DNA from: the human T2T-CHM13v2.0 reference genome, Homo sapiens
Strand: one strand, 5' to 3'
NCBI RefSeq assembly: GCF_009914755.1
Contig: NC_060926.1
Length of the DNA stretch: 64,000 nucleotides
Shown here: positions 39,930 through 52,475 of the stretch, in pieces
Layout of the letters: every line of letters begins with the position of its first letter
How positions within the stretch are numbered: the first letter of the stretch is position 1
Translations under genes and position numbers: made by a program
Notes under the pieces: model-generated
Seen by the model: only the letters and a program-made list of their open reading frames with translations
The model's database searches: none
What the model was told of the DNA's origin: nothing

Positions 39930-40240
39930 AAAAGAAATGTAGAGGAGACGTGTAGCAAAAGCACTGGAAGAGGGATTCCTAACTTAGTCCCAAGAGACTT
40001 CCTTTGAAGAGTGATTCCAGGAGCTACTGTGCAAAGTGACAGCATGGCAACAAGGGAAATCAATTCTGCAAATCTAGATGGCTTGGAGAAGATAGTAGAA
40101 TGGATCAATTATATGAGAAATAAAGACACTCGATTGGGTAGCATGATGTGAGTAGAAAAACACATATGGTGTCATATAAATATGACTTTGAAGATAAAGG
40201 TGTGGACATTGATCCTGTTCTGAATCCATAAGGGGATATT
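39930..40240 (-). mobile_element. Possible L2 remnant
   Basis: Weak resemblance (GATAAAGGTGTGGACATTGATCCTG). Confidence 0.3.
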
Positions 40241-40419
40241 TTTGTCAACTTACAGACTCCTTCTTTTAAGAGATCTCAAAACTGTCACTTGGCTAGCCTA
40301 ATAGTAGGGAGCCACTCGGTGGGTTTTTCTTAATTGGGAAAGTGAAATAAATTGTTTGAGATGTGTAAGTATTTACTTAACCTTTTTTAAGTGGGGTTGC
40401 TGAGGATAAAGTAGACATC

Positions 40420-40600
40420 AAAGGGCTGAAATCTAGACCTGGCTCTACCAGCTTTATCTGTATGAACTTCTGAGCCTCATCTTTATTCTTTTTGTTAAAA
40501 AAAAAAAGTAATTCTGTGTGTGGAAGGGTGGTACTAAAGACACATATAATAATTAACTGCCTATTTGGTCTTACATAAATGATAAATTGGGATGCTGATG
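40420..40600 (+). mobile_element. MIR fragment
   Basis: CCTGGCTCTACC..AACTTCTGAGCCTCATC. Confidence 0.55.
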
Positions 40601-41167
40601 AAGAGCTATGCATCTCTATATAAATACTTATAACCTATTCTCTTTGAGAAGGATAAGAGATATCCCAGAGAGTTCATATTTGAATTGATCTCTGGTTTAG
40701 TACAAATGAGGAATGACTCCAAATAGGCTATCAAAAATTAATGTTTGTGTCCAGGGAATTCTCCAGTGAGCACTGAGGTTAAAAAGTAATGGATGTACAA
40801 AAGGAGGAAATATGGTCCTGTAACTAAAGATCAATATGAGATGGTGGCTTACATCTATAAATACAGTGTCCAAGGGGGTAATTCCAAATTGAGCGTATAA
40901 GGTTAAAGACAATCAAATGTCTTTTTAGTCACATTCATAGAACGAAATGACCAAAGAAATCAGAGATAAGCTCTGTGGAGCTTTTGCTGTAATGCGGATG
41001 GATGGCATAGACAAAATCAAACTGCTCACTCCCAAATGGCTTCTGTCCTTCCATCAAACGAAAAAAAGAAGATAGAATGAAGATTCATGAGGAAGACAGG
41101 ATTTCAAGATGGTGAAGAAGGGTTCTTTTCATCTGGCAGCCACAGCTCTTTAAAAGTTTAGAAAGCA

Positions 41168-41310
41168 GGCTGGTGCTGTGGCTCACGCCTGTAATCCCAG
41201 CACTTTTGGGAGGCCAAGACAGGAGTATTGCTTGAGACCATGAGTTGGAGACCAGCGTAGGCAACATAGCAAGACCCTATCTCTATGAGTAAATAAATAC
41301 ATACAAAAAT
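41168..41310 (+). mobile_element. FLAM_C / left Alu monomer
   Basis: Monomer plus A-rich tail; diverged TSD AAGTTTAGAAAGCA / AAGTGTAGGAAGCA. Confidence 0.9.
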
Positions 41311-41544
41311 AAGTGTAGGAAGCAGCATTCTCAGTATTGGAGCTGAAGGGGAAAATGAGCATCTAAGGCCAGAAGCAATGCTGAACACAGAAAATGGGCT
41401 TCCACGAATATACTGGAGCAAGCCACATGAAAGGAAAGACTCATGTAGAAAACAGATGAAGAGACACCTCTTATTGTTTGCACTATTTTTGCTAGTACTT
41501 CACAAAGTGTGGCCAAATAATATGAACCTCATATGAAAATTTTA

Positions 41545-41800
41545 AAAAAATTACCCCATGTTCTCAGTTATAAGTGAGAGCTAAACATTGGGTACACAAG
41601 GAAACAAAGAGGGGAACAATAAATTCTGAGGATTCCAAAAGTGGAGGCAGCGTTGCAAAATGACCTATCAGGAACTATGTTCTCTACTTGGGCATTAGGA
41701 TCATCAGAGGACCAAACCTCAGCATCATACAATATACCCATTTAACAAACTTGCACACATACTGCAGAATCTGAATTTAAACAAATAAATAAATAAAATG
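41545..41800 (+). mobile_element. L1PA16/17-like 3' end
   Basis: ATGTTCTCAGTTATAAGTGAGAGCTAAACATTGGGTACAC..CCAAACCTCAGCATCATACAATATACCC. Confidence 0.85.
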
Positions 41801-42519
41801 TGAATAATACAAAGAGTTTAAAAACAAGCAAATAAATAAATAAAAGAAATTTAAAATCTCTTTTTCAGATACATTCAGAGTACACTCCTTAAAATTGAGT
41901 GAGAACAAGCTTGGTCATTATCTCTTTAATGTGAATAGGAATTGTTGAAATAATTTACAAAAAACAGGTGGAAATCATCCCCATAATAACTTATTCTATG
42001 AAATGACCTGTAAACAAATATAGTTTTGCAGGAAATCCAACAGGATAACACCACCCTAAAACGTGAGCTAGAAACCGAAGCACATATGCAAACAAAGGAT
42101 TATCCATGATGGGATATGGATTCTAAAAGAAAGAATCAAGGAGTCAAGGAGCACAACATTATCAGCACTCTCCAGGTGAGATTTTATAACAGACCAATGG
42201 AGAATCTTTGGTACAAAATGTAACAGTGGCTGTGGGGATGTTGCACAAATGTCAGACGTGTAGAAATATAAAATACTATTTTTTCATTATGTTCCTGGCT
42301 TAATGACAGTCTGTCAATTATATTTTTCTACAAAAATGTATAAATCCGTGTTCTAATTGGTAGATCAATAATCTTGTGACTTTGATCAATTTGGGTCAGT
42401 TCTTTGACATGTCATAACAGGAAGAGCTTTAAAAAAAAAAAAAAGAAAAGGTCTTATTTTGTGTTCACTATGTGAGCGGACCCTAAACCTAGATGATGAG
42501 GTAAAAATACCAGGAGCTT

Positions 42520-42865
<346 letters not shown>

Positions 42866-43361
42866 TTACCTAATACCTTACCATTAAACTTCATCTTATT
42901 CATAATATTCTGAAACCATTCACCATCAATCTGTTTGAGGCTCTATTGGTTACAAATAATAAGAGTAAGAATAAACTGAGTTGGAGAAATAATCAAAAAC
43001 ATTTTTTAAGAAACAGAGAAGGAAGGAAAAGTGAGGTATACATAATTCACTTCCTCTTTTACAAATTGGCTTTCTCCCCCCAATAATTCCCAAGTTTATA
43101 TCACCTCAATTCAAGGTAACTCAGTACATCGAAACCAGAAATCTCTCATCTACATTTCCAAATTCTGAAATTCTGAATTTGATTTCCTTATCTTAGGTCC
43201 AGTGCCCAACCTGGGCCAAACTGCTGTAATTAAAGAGGGACCCACAGGAACTAAGAGGGCTGTTGTGAGAGAGCAGGAGGTGCAATTTTTTGTGGGTAGA
43301 TGGGTATAATTGTCAAGGAGAGTCTTCATGTCTTCAAAAGTGTAGCAAAATATCCTGTACA

Positions 43362-43510
43362 TCGGTGCTTCCCAAGCTTTAATATTTCCATGAATCTTCT
43401 GGGAGCCTTGTTATACTGATTGGAATTCAGTAGGTGGCGTGAAGCCTGAGAATTTGCATTTCTAGCAAGTTCCCAAATGATGTCCACATTGCAGATCTAC
43501 AGATTACACT
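43362..43510. mobile_element. MER5A-like hAT-Charlie relic
   Basis: GTGCTTCCCAAGCTTT..ATTCAGTAGGT..GCCTGAGAATTTGCATTTCTAGCAAGTTCCCA. Confidence 0.8.
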
Positions 43511-44044
43511 AACCCCTCCCCCCAAAATTGTTTGCCTTCTTGTTTACATATCTAAATGATTACTATCCTGGGCACGGTGATGCACAACTCAGGGCTTCCT
43601 TCAAGGTGAAACTTGTCATGAGAAATGAAACTAGCTGACAGCCTCCAGCCATGGGTGCCTCTGGGATGTGCTTTAGCTTTCAAACGAAGACCACGTATGC
43701 CTAAGCAGCTCCCAGCCACTGAGTGAGCATGGTGATGGTACACAGCTTGTCATTTCTGGCCAGCACATGAACAAGGTACTTGGGTGATGATGATGGGCAT
43801 AAAGGTAAGTCTCCTGAGGAAAGGAGGAGGACAGAGAGGAAAAAATAAAAATAAAAAAAGGTTTAGCATTGGGAATAAAGAATAAGCAGCTCATCAGGGA
43901 AAATGCTGAGTTTAAGGTATGAAACAGAGAACAACAGCATTGCAAAAGGGAAAGAATGGTTGCGATGAAGGGATGGCTTTCCTAAAGAAGGGAAGAATCA
44001 AAACACGAAGTTGATGTCTGTGTTCAAAGATTTCAGAATTGCCT

Positions 44045-44240
44045 CAAGGAAGATGGTTTTCAGTTTTCTGTACTGCTTTAGAAAACAAGACCATGTTTCT
44101 GCTGGAAAATAAATTCCATTTCAATATAAGAAAAAGTTTTTAACAGTGGAGCTACCCCCATCATTATACGATATATGAAAGAGTAAGTTCTCCGTTGCCA
44201 AAGCATCCAAGTAGGAACTGTTGGAATGGGAACTTGTTTG
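44045..44240 (+). mobile_element. L3/CR1 fragment
   Basis: TTTCAATATAAGAAAAAGTTTTTAACAGTGGAGCT..GTAAGTTCTCCGTTGCC. Confidence 0.5.
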
Positions 44241-44349
44241 AGGGCATTACCAAATTAATGATAGCTGACTGGCACCAGGAGACCAGAAAGGGCTTAAGGC
44301 AACATATAGGCTACTTGGGTGAGGTCCAAGCTCCTGACATTAGGAGTTG

Positions 44350-44640
44350 GTAAGTCATTATTTCCAAAGTCTAGCTGTGCTCCGTGCCTCCTGTGATGAC
44401 AGATGTTGGGGTCATCAATGTAAGTAAAACTCACAAGGATTCTTGCCTTCAGGAAGTATAAATATTAGTAGAGGAAGATAGACATTAATAAAATAATTAT
44501 GAAATGAATGTATATATAAACCAAGATACAGACAATAAAGAAAAGGAAGTGATTTCTTTAAGTGTTCTAGGCTAAAAACGATCAAATTCCTGAGAATGTG
44601 ACACCTGAACTAAAATGTCAGGATGTGAGGGTGTAGAATT
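44350..44640 (-). mobile_element. L2 fragment (continues at ~45380-45490)
   Basis: TCTTGCCTTCAGGAAGTATAAATATTAGTAGAGGAAGATAGAC..CCTGAGAATGTGACACCTGAAC. Confidence 0.6.
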
Positions 44641-44697
44641 AGAGAGAGAGAGAGAGTGGGTGCATGTGTGTTGGACTCAAAAAAAATGTATCCTGCA

Positions 44698-45020
44698 GGC
44701 CGAACGTGGTGGCTCACGCCTGTAATCCCAGCCCTTTGGCAGGACGAGGTGGGCAGATCACTTGAGGTCAGGAGTTCAAGACCAGCCTGGCCAACATGGC
44801 AAAACCCCATCTCTACTAAAAAATATAAAAATTAGCCAGGTGTGGTGGTGGCTGCCTGTAATCCCAGCTACTCAGGAGGCTGAGGTGGGAGAATTGCTTG
44901 AACCCAGGAGGCGGAGGTTGCAGTGAGATTGTGCCATTGCACTCCAGCCTGGGCAACAAAGGGAGACTCCATCTAAAAAAAAAAAAAAGAAAAGAAAAAG
45001 AAAAAAAGAAAAAAAAAGAA
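44698..45020 (+). mobile_element. AluSx-like
   Basis: Dimeric Alu; diverged TSD AAAATGTATCCTGCA / AAGATGTATTCGCCA. Confidence 0.95.
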
Positions 45021-45027
45021 GAAAAGA

Positions 45028-45380
45028 TGTATTCGCCAGAGTTCTGGAAGGAAATATACAACATATTAAAAAAAAAAAAACTAATCTAAAAGAGTTTACT
45101 GAAGAGACTACTTCAGAAGTGTGGACAGGCATACCATCAAGGAATGAATTGGCAGTACTGGAAGCCTGAAGGACCAACATAAGGAGCTCTTCCTGGATCC
45201 CAGGGAGAGATGCAGAAGAAGCGGGAGAAGGCTTGACTGATGGGAACTGTTGCCTTAAGGAGGGAACACAGCACTCAAACCCTAAGTGAGCCCGAGTGAT
45301 GTCACCTGCAGAAGTCAACATACCAGAGCCCAGAACAGAGGTGAAACAGATAGAGAGAAGATTTCGAGAATAACCAGCAT
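45028..45380 (-). mobile_element. LTR33-like ERVL LTR remnant
   Basis: GAGTTTACTGAAGAGACTACTTCAGAAGTGTGGACAGG..CCAGAGCCCAGAACAGAGGTGAA. Confidence 0.45.
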
Positions 45381-46440
45381 GAGGAGAATGGTTGTGCAGG
45401 ATAAGGATGGAGGGTAGGCTGGAGCCAAAATGTGAAGGAATTTAAACTATGTTATGGAATCTGGACTTTATCAAGAACAACAGAAACCAGAATGTCAGGG
45501 CTAACCAGCAGATCAGGAAAGTGCTTCGGATCAGGAGGTCTCAGCTAGTTATTAGGATCCCTGCTGTAGAAATTGGGGACTTTAGTCCTATGATTCCTGT
45601 AGGGGTAGGAGATTAGACCGTAATGAATTGGTAAAGAACTTTCACTTTTGATTGATAGTGCCTGCCTGGAATGCTTTGTTGAGAAAGATCTGAAGTACTA
45701 TCCAATTTTAGCAGGAGAGTACTGCGATTGATGAGGGATGGGCAATCTCATCAGTACGTCTTAAAAAAAAGTAGGTAGATTATCTGTTTCATATCCTTAG
45801 ACACATAAAGATGGCAAAATCTGATAAATTAAAGATCACAAATTTCAAACTTTTTTATCAGTGGCCTGATAATTTTGAAATTAAATGTACTCTAGAAATT
45901 CTGAGGCTTCTAACAATTTAAAAGATGAGACGCTTGTGCTGAAAACTTCATTGATTAAGGAGGCTCTTCAAAATTGAACATGCCAAGGAAACAAGAGTTG
46001 GAAACGTGGGAAAATTCATCCTCTGTATTTAAGAAGATTTAAAAATCATGTTTTGATATGAAACTCTTTCTGGTTTGCATTTTTTTCTATCTTGTTTATG
46101 GGAAAATAAAAAGAACTTTACTGAATAAGTTGATAATCAGCTCTGAAAATTAAAAAAGAAGTAAAAACTTGCTATGAAGCCCATTTGTTTCTTATATGTA
46201 ACGTGAACGGGAAAGAATATGGCATTTCATAGGGTTTGCTTTGCACATAGAAGATCCTTCCTGATTTGAGGAGAGGAAATAAGGTATAAATAGTTTTCCT
46301 TTGAGTGTGAAGAGTTAATAAATGTGTTTACATTTTTAATGCAACAATTATTATTATTAATTACCATTTATTGAGCATTTACTACATTCTATTAACTCTG
46401 CCAAGCATTTATATACATTTTCTCATTGACTTCTCATACT

Positions 46441-46695
46441 TAGTGGCATGCTCTTAAACCGGCTCTTCAAAATAAAATATATATAAATATATTTATTTGT
46501 AGTATAAATATTTATATATTATTATAAATATTTACTTGTATTATAAAATAAAATAAATCTCTAATTTGTAGCATTTTTCTGATTTGTATTATTTAAACAC
46601 TCCCATGAACAGTTCAGCAACCATCTCAAAAAATTCTTGAATATCAAATAATTGTCTCTCATAAGTCAATACAAGCTTGCTCCAGCACAACACTG
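46441..46695. mobile_element. MER63-family MITE inserted next to a MIR fragment (46345-46440)
   Basis: TIR-like TAGTGGCATGCT..GCTCCAGCACAACACTG; internal CTAATTTGTAGCATTT. Confidence 0.65.
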
Positions 46696-46706
46696 CTTAA
46701 GAAACT

Positions 46707-47075
46707 GTATTTGTTAGAAACTACTGTTACGAAGATAGCTAAAGTACAGTGGCTCAAAGGAGTTTATTTTTCTCACACACAATCATCTGAGACTGGGTAG
46801 GGAGTCTCTACTTCTCACAGTTATCCCTAAACTCGGGCTGGGGGGTTGATTCTGCCATCCTCAATGCATGGCTTTACACCAGTTCTAACAGCAGCCTTTC
46901 CACACAGTGGAAGACAGAGGACGGAGAAAGGACAGGGTAATCATCCTTTAGAAGATGGTCAGAGCTGCCCATATCCTTTCTACTCATATTTCTAACTTAA
47001 TCACATGGCTACGCCTATCAGCAAGAGAGGCTAGAAAATGTTGCTTGTAGTAGCCACTTGCCCAGCTCATACTTG
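46707..47075 (-). mobile_element. MLT1J/I-like MaLR LTR
   Basis: CAGTGGCTCAAAGGAGTTTATTTTTCTCAC..AACTTAATCACATGGC..GCAAGAGAGGCTAGAAAATGT. Confidence 0.7.
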
Positions 47076-49199
47076 GTACCTGGATTATGACACAGGGTGC
47101 TAGTGGTTAAAGGGTTGGGAAGGAAAAACTTTGCCTGCAATAACAAAGCTCCCTCCTCAAATCTGTGTCTGAGAAGGGGACCATTTTCTCACCGGGATTC
47201 AATGAGAAGTCTCACATTCTATCCACATGTCACGTATCTCAATGCCTACATATTTTTGCCTACCTATCTCAAGTTCTGTGTAGCTTTTGCGGCACCTCTA
47301 CCCTGTCCTCTTCCCACATCATGGCAAACTTTACTTCTAACCTCTCCTATTCACTCATCTCTTGAAGTCTGTTTTTTTAAGACTGTCATTTCACTACCAG
47401 TTAACCCCCAAGCAAACAAGTCAAATATAACACTTGCCCAGAGTGCCTATATTTCTTTAGGGCAGACTTGTATTTAAGACAGTGTGGCTGTGTTGTTGCA
47501 CTAAGAATTAGACCACATGCCACTGGTGTCGTATGTGCAGTTAGCAACCAATCCCTTTGGATATATTATTCTTTTACCATGTGTCTTTGTATTTTTAATG
47601 TTCACTAAGCACATCGTATCTGTAATTTTTATGTTGGTTTTTGGGTAACATTTCCTTTATAACTATTAGTTTTAACAGAAAAGTAAACAGCACAATGCAC
47701 CGCCATGTGTCCATTCTTCAGCTTTAGCAATTATCAACATTCTGTGGTGCTGTTATTAATTGTTGAATGTTTATCTTGTTTTTAATGTCTTACAATTATA
47801 AATGTGCTGTGACAAATGGCATTTAAAACGTATTCTGTATTTAGATCATCTCCTTGGCACAGATAGTTAGAAGCAGAATTTCTGAGGGTAGTCCATCCCA
47901 CTTTTATGTACTCCACGTATCATTGAGTTAAGCAAGGGTCTATTGGTTCCATTTACACTCATACTTTTACCTACTACGGACAAGCCTTAGTCTACTTGGT
48001 TGCTTTACAGATAAAGAATGACCAAGGTGGGCTCCAAAGCTCAGGGTTAAGGTTGGCTTTCTATTGTGAACAATTCTTTTGGGACCAACTTCTGAATGTC
48101 ACAGGGACTGTTGCTGTGATTGCAGAGAAACATGAGGCACATTGATAAGAGCCATGGTCAAAGTTGCAAATAAGTTATTTGTGCATTTTAACCAAAGAGC
48201 AGTTTGAACACAGGCATTTTTTTCTTCCTCCCCCAAGCCCTTCTGACAACACAACAAATGATAATCTGAAATCAAACATGACACTCTACCTGCAGGACCC
48301 AGCTCTAACAGATGGAGCTGCGTTTAAATAGCTTCATGTTGCCAGTTCCAATAAAGGAAAAGTACACAAAAGCCCAAGTCTGACGGGAAAAGGAAAAGTG
48401 CTCTGAATTTGAAAAGGAGTAGGTAAGCATAATGGTGATGAAAATTATCAGACCCCTCAGCAGCACAGAGCAACATTCCCTGGGAGGTGGGCTGGAAAAG
48501 CCATTGCTGTGGCTGCTGGCCAACTCAACACGGGTGGATGGCATAAAGTTTGGGGATGCTAAGGAGCTTTCATTTAGCTGAGATGTGGCTTGAGGGAAAC
48601 CTGCCAGACTTTTGATCTGTGTTGGGCTGGTGGGCGAGCAACAGCTGCTTTTGTTATCTGAGAATGAGGCATCCTGGGGCTGTGGGACTGCTCTAGGCTT
48701 AATGATTTGGGTGTTTTATTAAATAAAGGCACTCAGATGACATTCTAGTGGAGGATGAAGCATCAAAAGGCTCAAGAAATAAAAACAACCTTTACCTTGA
48801 ATATTTTCAGTTCAGTTCCAATGGGGTTGCAGTTGTATCAAGTTAAAAGACTTACAAAATACTTCACAATAACTTTTTGAGGAAAAGCCTTTTGTCCTTA
48901 ACCTGATTTGAATTGGTTCCAGCACCATCTGGAGAAAGTGTTAAATTTGGTCTCTTGAATCATATATGGCAAAAAAACAAAAACAAACAAACAAAAAACT
49001 TGCTTTAGTGCTTGTAGCCCTTTTAAACCTCATCTTTCATGAAATGGTCGTAACTATTCCACGTCACCATGACCATCTGGAACTCTAGCAGGGATACCCT
49101 GGGTGTTTCATTAGTTTGCAGTTGGCTTTATCCAAATATAGCTTTGGTTGTACTATAGAGTCCTCCCGTAGCCTTGTCACAGTCTTCAAACCCATCGAC

Positions 49200-49470
49200 A
49201 CATTGAATCCACCAGCAAGCATTTGTTGGTGAATGTTATTGCCAGGCTCTGTGGGAATTGCTTGGGTTGCAAAGATAAATAAGACAGTCACTAAACTCAA
49301 AGAGCTCATAGGAAGTACAAGAGAGATGTTAAATAAATCAGTACACAACAATGTGCAAGGGCAAGTTGTATAACCATTAGGAGAGGCATGAAGGTGCAAT
49401 CTACCTGGGGTTAGTGGTGAAAGCTGCACAAGAGGTTCTGGAGAGAGTCATCATCTGGTCTTTAAAAGAA
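49200..49470 (-). mobile_element. L2 fragment
   Basis: CAGCAAGCATTTGTTG..GCCAGGCTCTGTG..AAATAAGACAGTC..CTCAAAGAGCTCATAG. Confidence 0.7.
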
Positions 49471-49484
49471 ATAAAGTCAATAAA

Positions 49485-49720
49485 CAGCTACTATTTATGG
49501 AGCTCACAAAATGTGCCAGCTATTAAACCAGGCAGTTTAATTTACTTTATTTAAGTTAACACAACTCTGCCATGTATTCACTATTATAAATCTCAATGTA
49601 CAGACAGGAAAACTAACAGAGAGGTAAAAAAACTGAAGGTCACACAGCCAGAAAGGCTCAGATCACAGACATGATTTTAAGTTTGTCTGACTTCAAAACC
49701 CATTCTCCTTATTAGACACC
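49485..49720 (-). mobile_element. MIR
   Basis: CAGCTACTATTTATGGAGC..TACAGACAGGAAAACT..AAGGTCACACAGC..TCTGACTTCAAAACCC. Confidence 0.8.
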
Positions 49721-50524
49721 ACACTCATTTTGAACAAAGGAAGGTTCAAGAGGTGTGTACCCAGGCAGAGTAGTACAGTCAGCACTATCAACTTTTCCCA
49801 TCTGTTCCTTCACATCTGCCTCCCAGGCCAGGAAGTATCCTGACATTTTCTTCTGTCTTTTCATTCAATAATAGCAAACTAATGATGTTCCCTTCCTCCA
49901 CCTTTCCAAACTCATTTTTCTCGGAAGAGATCCTAAGACAAATCACAAAAACACTGATTCCTGTTAAAACAAATCAAAAAAGTAAACCACAACAACAACA
50001 ACCCTCCAAACACATCTAAAGGATTTCTAGTTTCCTCTAGCATTGAGAAGGCTTTGCTACATCCATGATCAGGGCAGCTTGGGACCAAGCGTGGTTTGTG
50101 ACTTTTTGCACAGCCCATTGCTGGCTTGGATTAGTTAAAAGAACACCTGTACTAATCTGGTCACAGCTTTAGAAGGGTACGTGAACCTTCTCTGAAGAAT
50201 AGGATGAGCTTAGATGTTAGTAACCTGTAGTAGATACATTAAATATAACATCCACCTCCCCACCAGCCAGAAGCCAAGAGGATAGAAATTTTGACTAGAT
50301 ACCAGGTTTCCAACCCTGAGGCCACAGCTATTTACTAGCTATTGATCAGGTAAAGTGAGCCCATCTATATTTCAGCATTTCTTATGTGCCTTTCTTTGTT
50401 TTGAAGGGATCATCGGTAGAATTTTATTTGACCATAACACATAAAAATGCACCTTGGTTTGATTGCTGTTCAAGCCTGATAACTTGAACTAAAGGAGCTC
50501 TGTAAGTTTGTTTGTTCACATTCC

Positions 50525-52475
50525 AAATTTTTGTTGTGGTAAAATACTCATAACATACAATTTACTATTTAACCGTTTTTAAGTGTACGGTACAGTGGTA
50601 TTAAATACATTTTCATAATGATGTACAACCATCACCACCATCCATCTCTATAATGCTTTTCATCTTGTAAAAATGAAACTCTATACTCATTAAAAAATAA
50701 CTTCCCATTCTCCCCTCCCCCATCCCCTGGCAACCACCATTCTATTCTCTGTTTTTATAAGTTTGAGTACTCTAAATATCTCAATAAATAGAATTATACA
50801 GCATTTGTCTTTCTGTGACTGGCTTATTTTACTTAGCCTAATGTCTTCAAGGTTCATCCATGTTATAGCCTATTGCAGAACTTTCTTTTGAAGGCTGAAT
50901 AATATTCTATTGTATGGATAATCCACATTTGTTTATCCATTCATCCATAGATGGACTCTTGGATAGCTTCTCCATTTTAGCTATTGTGAATGATGCTGAA
51001 CACAGGTATATGAATATCTCTTCAACACCCTACTTTCAATTCTTTTGGGTATATACCCAAAAGCAAAATTGCTGAATCATATGGTAATTCTATTTTGAAT
51101 TTTTCAGGAACCACCAAACTACTTTCTACTCTGTTTGTACCCCTAACATTTACATTCCACTAACAGTGCTTAACATTTCCAATTTCTCCACATCCTAGCC
51201 AACACTTGTTATTCTCTGGTTTTTTTGATAGTAGCCATCTTAACGGATGTGAGGTGCTATCTTATAGCTTTGCTTTCCCTAAGGTTTAGTAATGTTGAGC
51301 ATGTTTTCATGAGCTTATTGAACATTTGCTTATCTTCTTTACAGAAATATCTATTGAAGTCTTTTACCCATTTATGGATAGAGTTACTGGTTTGTTGTTG
51401 TTGTTGTTGTTGTCTTAGGAGTACTCAGTATACTCTGAATATTAATCCCTTATCAGATTTATGACTTCCAAATATTTTCTCCCACTCTGTGATTCACCAT
51501 TTTACTCTGTTGTTAGTGTCTTTTGAAGCACAAAACTTCTACATTTTTGTGAAGTCCAAGTTGTCTATGTTTTCTTTTGTTGCCTCTGCCTTTAGTGTGA
51601 TATCTAAGAAATCATTGTCAAATCCAATGTCATGAAATATTTACCCTTTTTACTTTTAATAGTTTTATTGTTTTAGATCTTACATTTAGGTCTTGATGAT
51701 TTTGAGTTAATTTTTGAATATGCTATTAAGTAAGGGCCGAATTCAATAATTATTTTGCATGTGGATATCCAGTTTTCTCAGCATCATTTTTTGAAAAGAC
51801 TGTTTTTTCCCCATTAAATTGTGTTAGCACCGTTGCCACAAATTATTTGACCATACATGTTAGGGTTAATTTCTAGGCTCTCTATTTGGTTTCATTGGTT
51901 TACTTGTCTATCTTTATGCCAGTACCATGCTTGTCTGATTACTGTAGCTTTGTAGTAAGTCTTAAAGTCAGGAAGTATGAGTCTTTCAGCTTTGTTCTTT
52001 ATCAAAGTTGTTTCGGCTATTCAGAGTCTGATATATCAAGTTTGGATATTTGTTCCCCACAATGCCATGTTGAAATGTAATCCCCAGTGTTGGAGATGAG
52101 GCCTGGTGGGAGGTGTCTGGGTCATGGGGGCAGATCCCTCATGGCTTGGTGCTGTCCTCACCATAGTGAGTGAGGTCTCACGAGATCTGATTATTTAAAT
52201 GTGTGTGGCACTTCCTGCCTCTCTTTCTCCCGCTCTGCCATATGAGATACTTGCTCCTGCTTCACCTTCCCATAAAAGTTCCTCAAGCCTTCCCCAAAAG
52301 AAAAGCAGATGCTGGTGCTATGCTTTCTATATGGTCTGCAGATGGTGAGCCAATTCACCTTCTTTTCTTTATAAATTACCCAGTCTCAGATATTTCTTTA
52401 TAGCAATGCAAGAACTATCTAATACAGGGTTCCTTGAGATTTCATATTAATTTTAGAATAGATTTTTCTATTTCT
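50525..52475 (-). mobile_element. L1MB (L1MB3-like) 3' end and ORF2 tail, interrupted by MST
   Basis: TTGTGGTAAAATACTCATAAC..CCCCTGGCAACCACCATTCTA..GTGACTGGCTTATTTTACTTAGC. Confidence 0.9.
52029..52426 (+). mobile_element. MSTA-like MaLR solo LTR
   Basis: TGATAT..GTAATCCCCAGTGTTGGAG..TTATAGCAATGCAAGAACTATCTAATACA; diverged TSD GAGTC/GGGTT. Confidence 0.9.
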
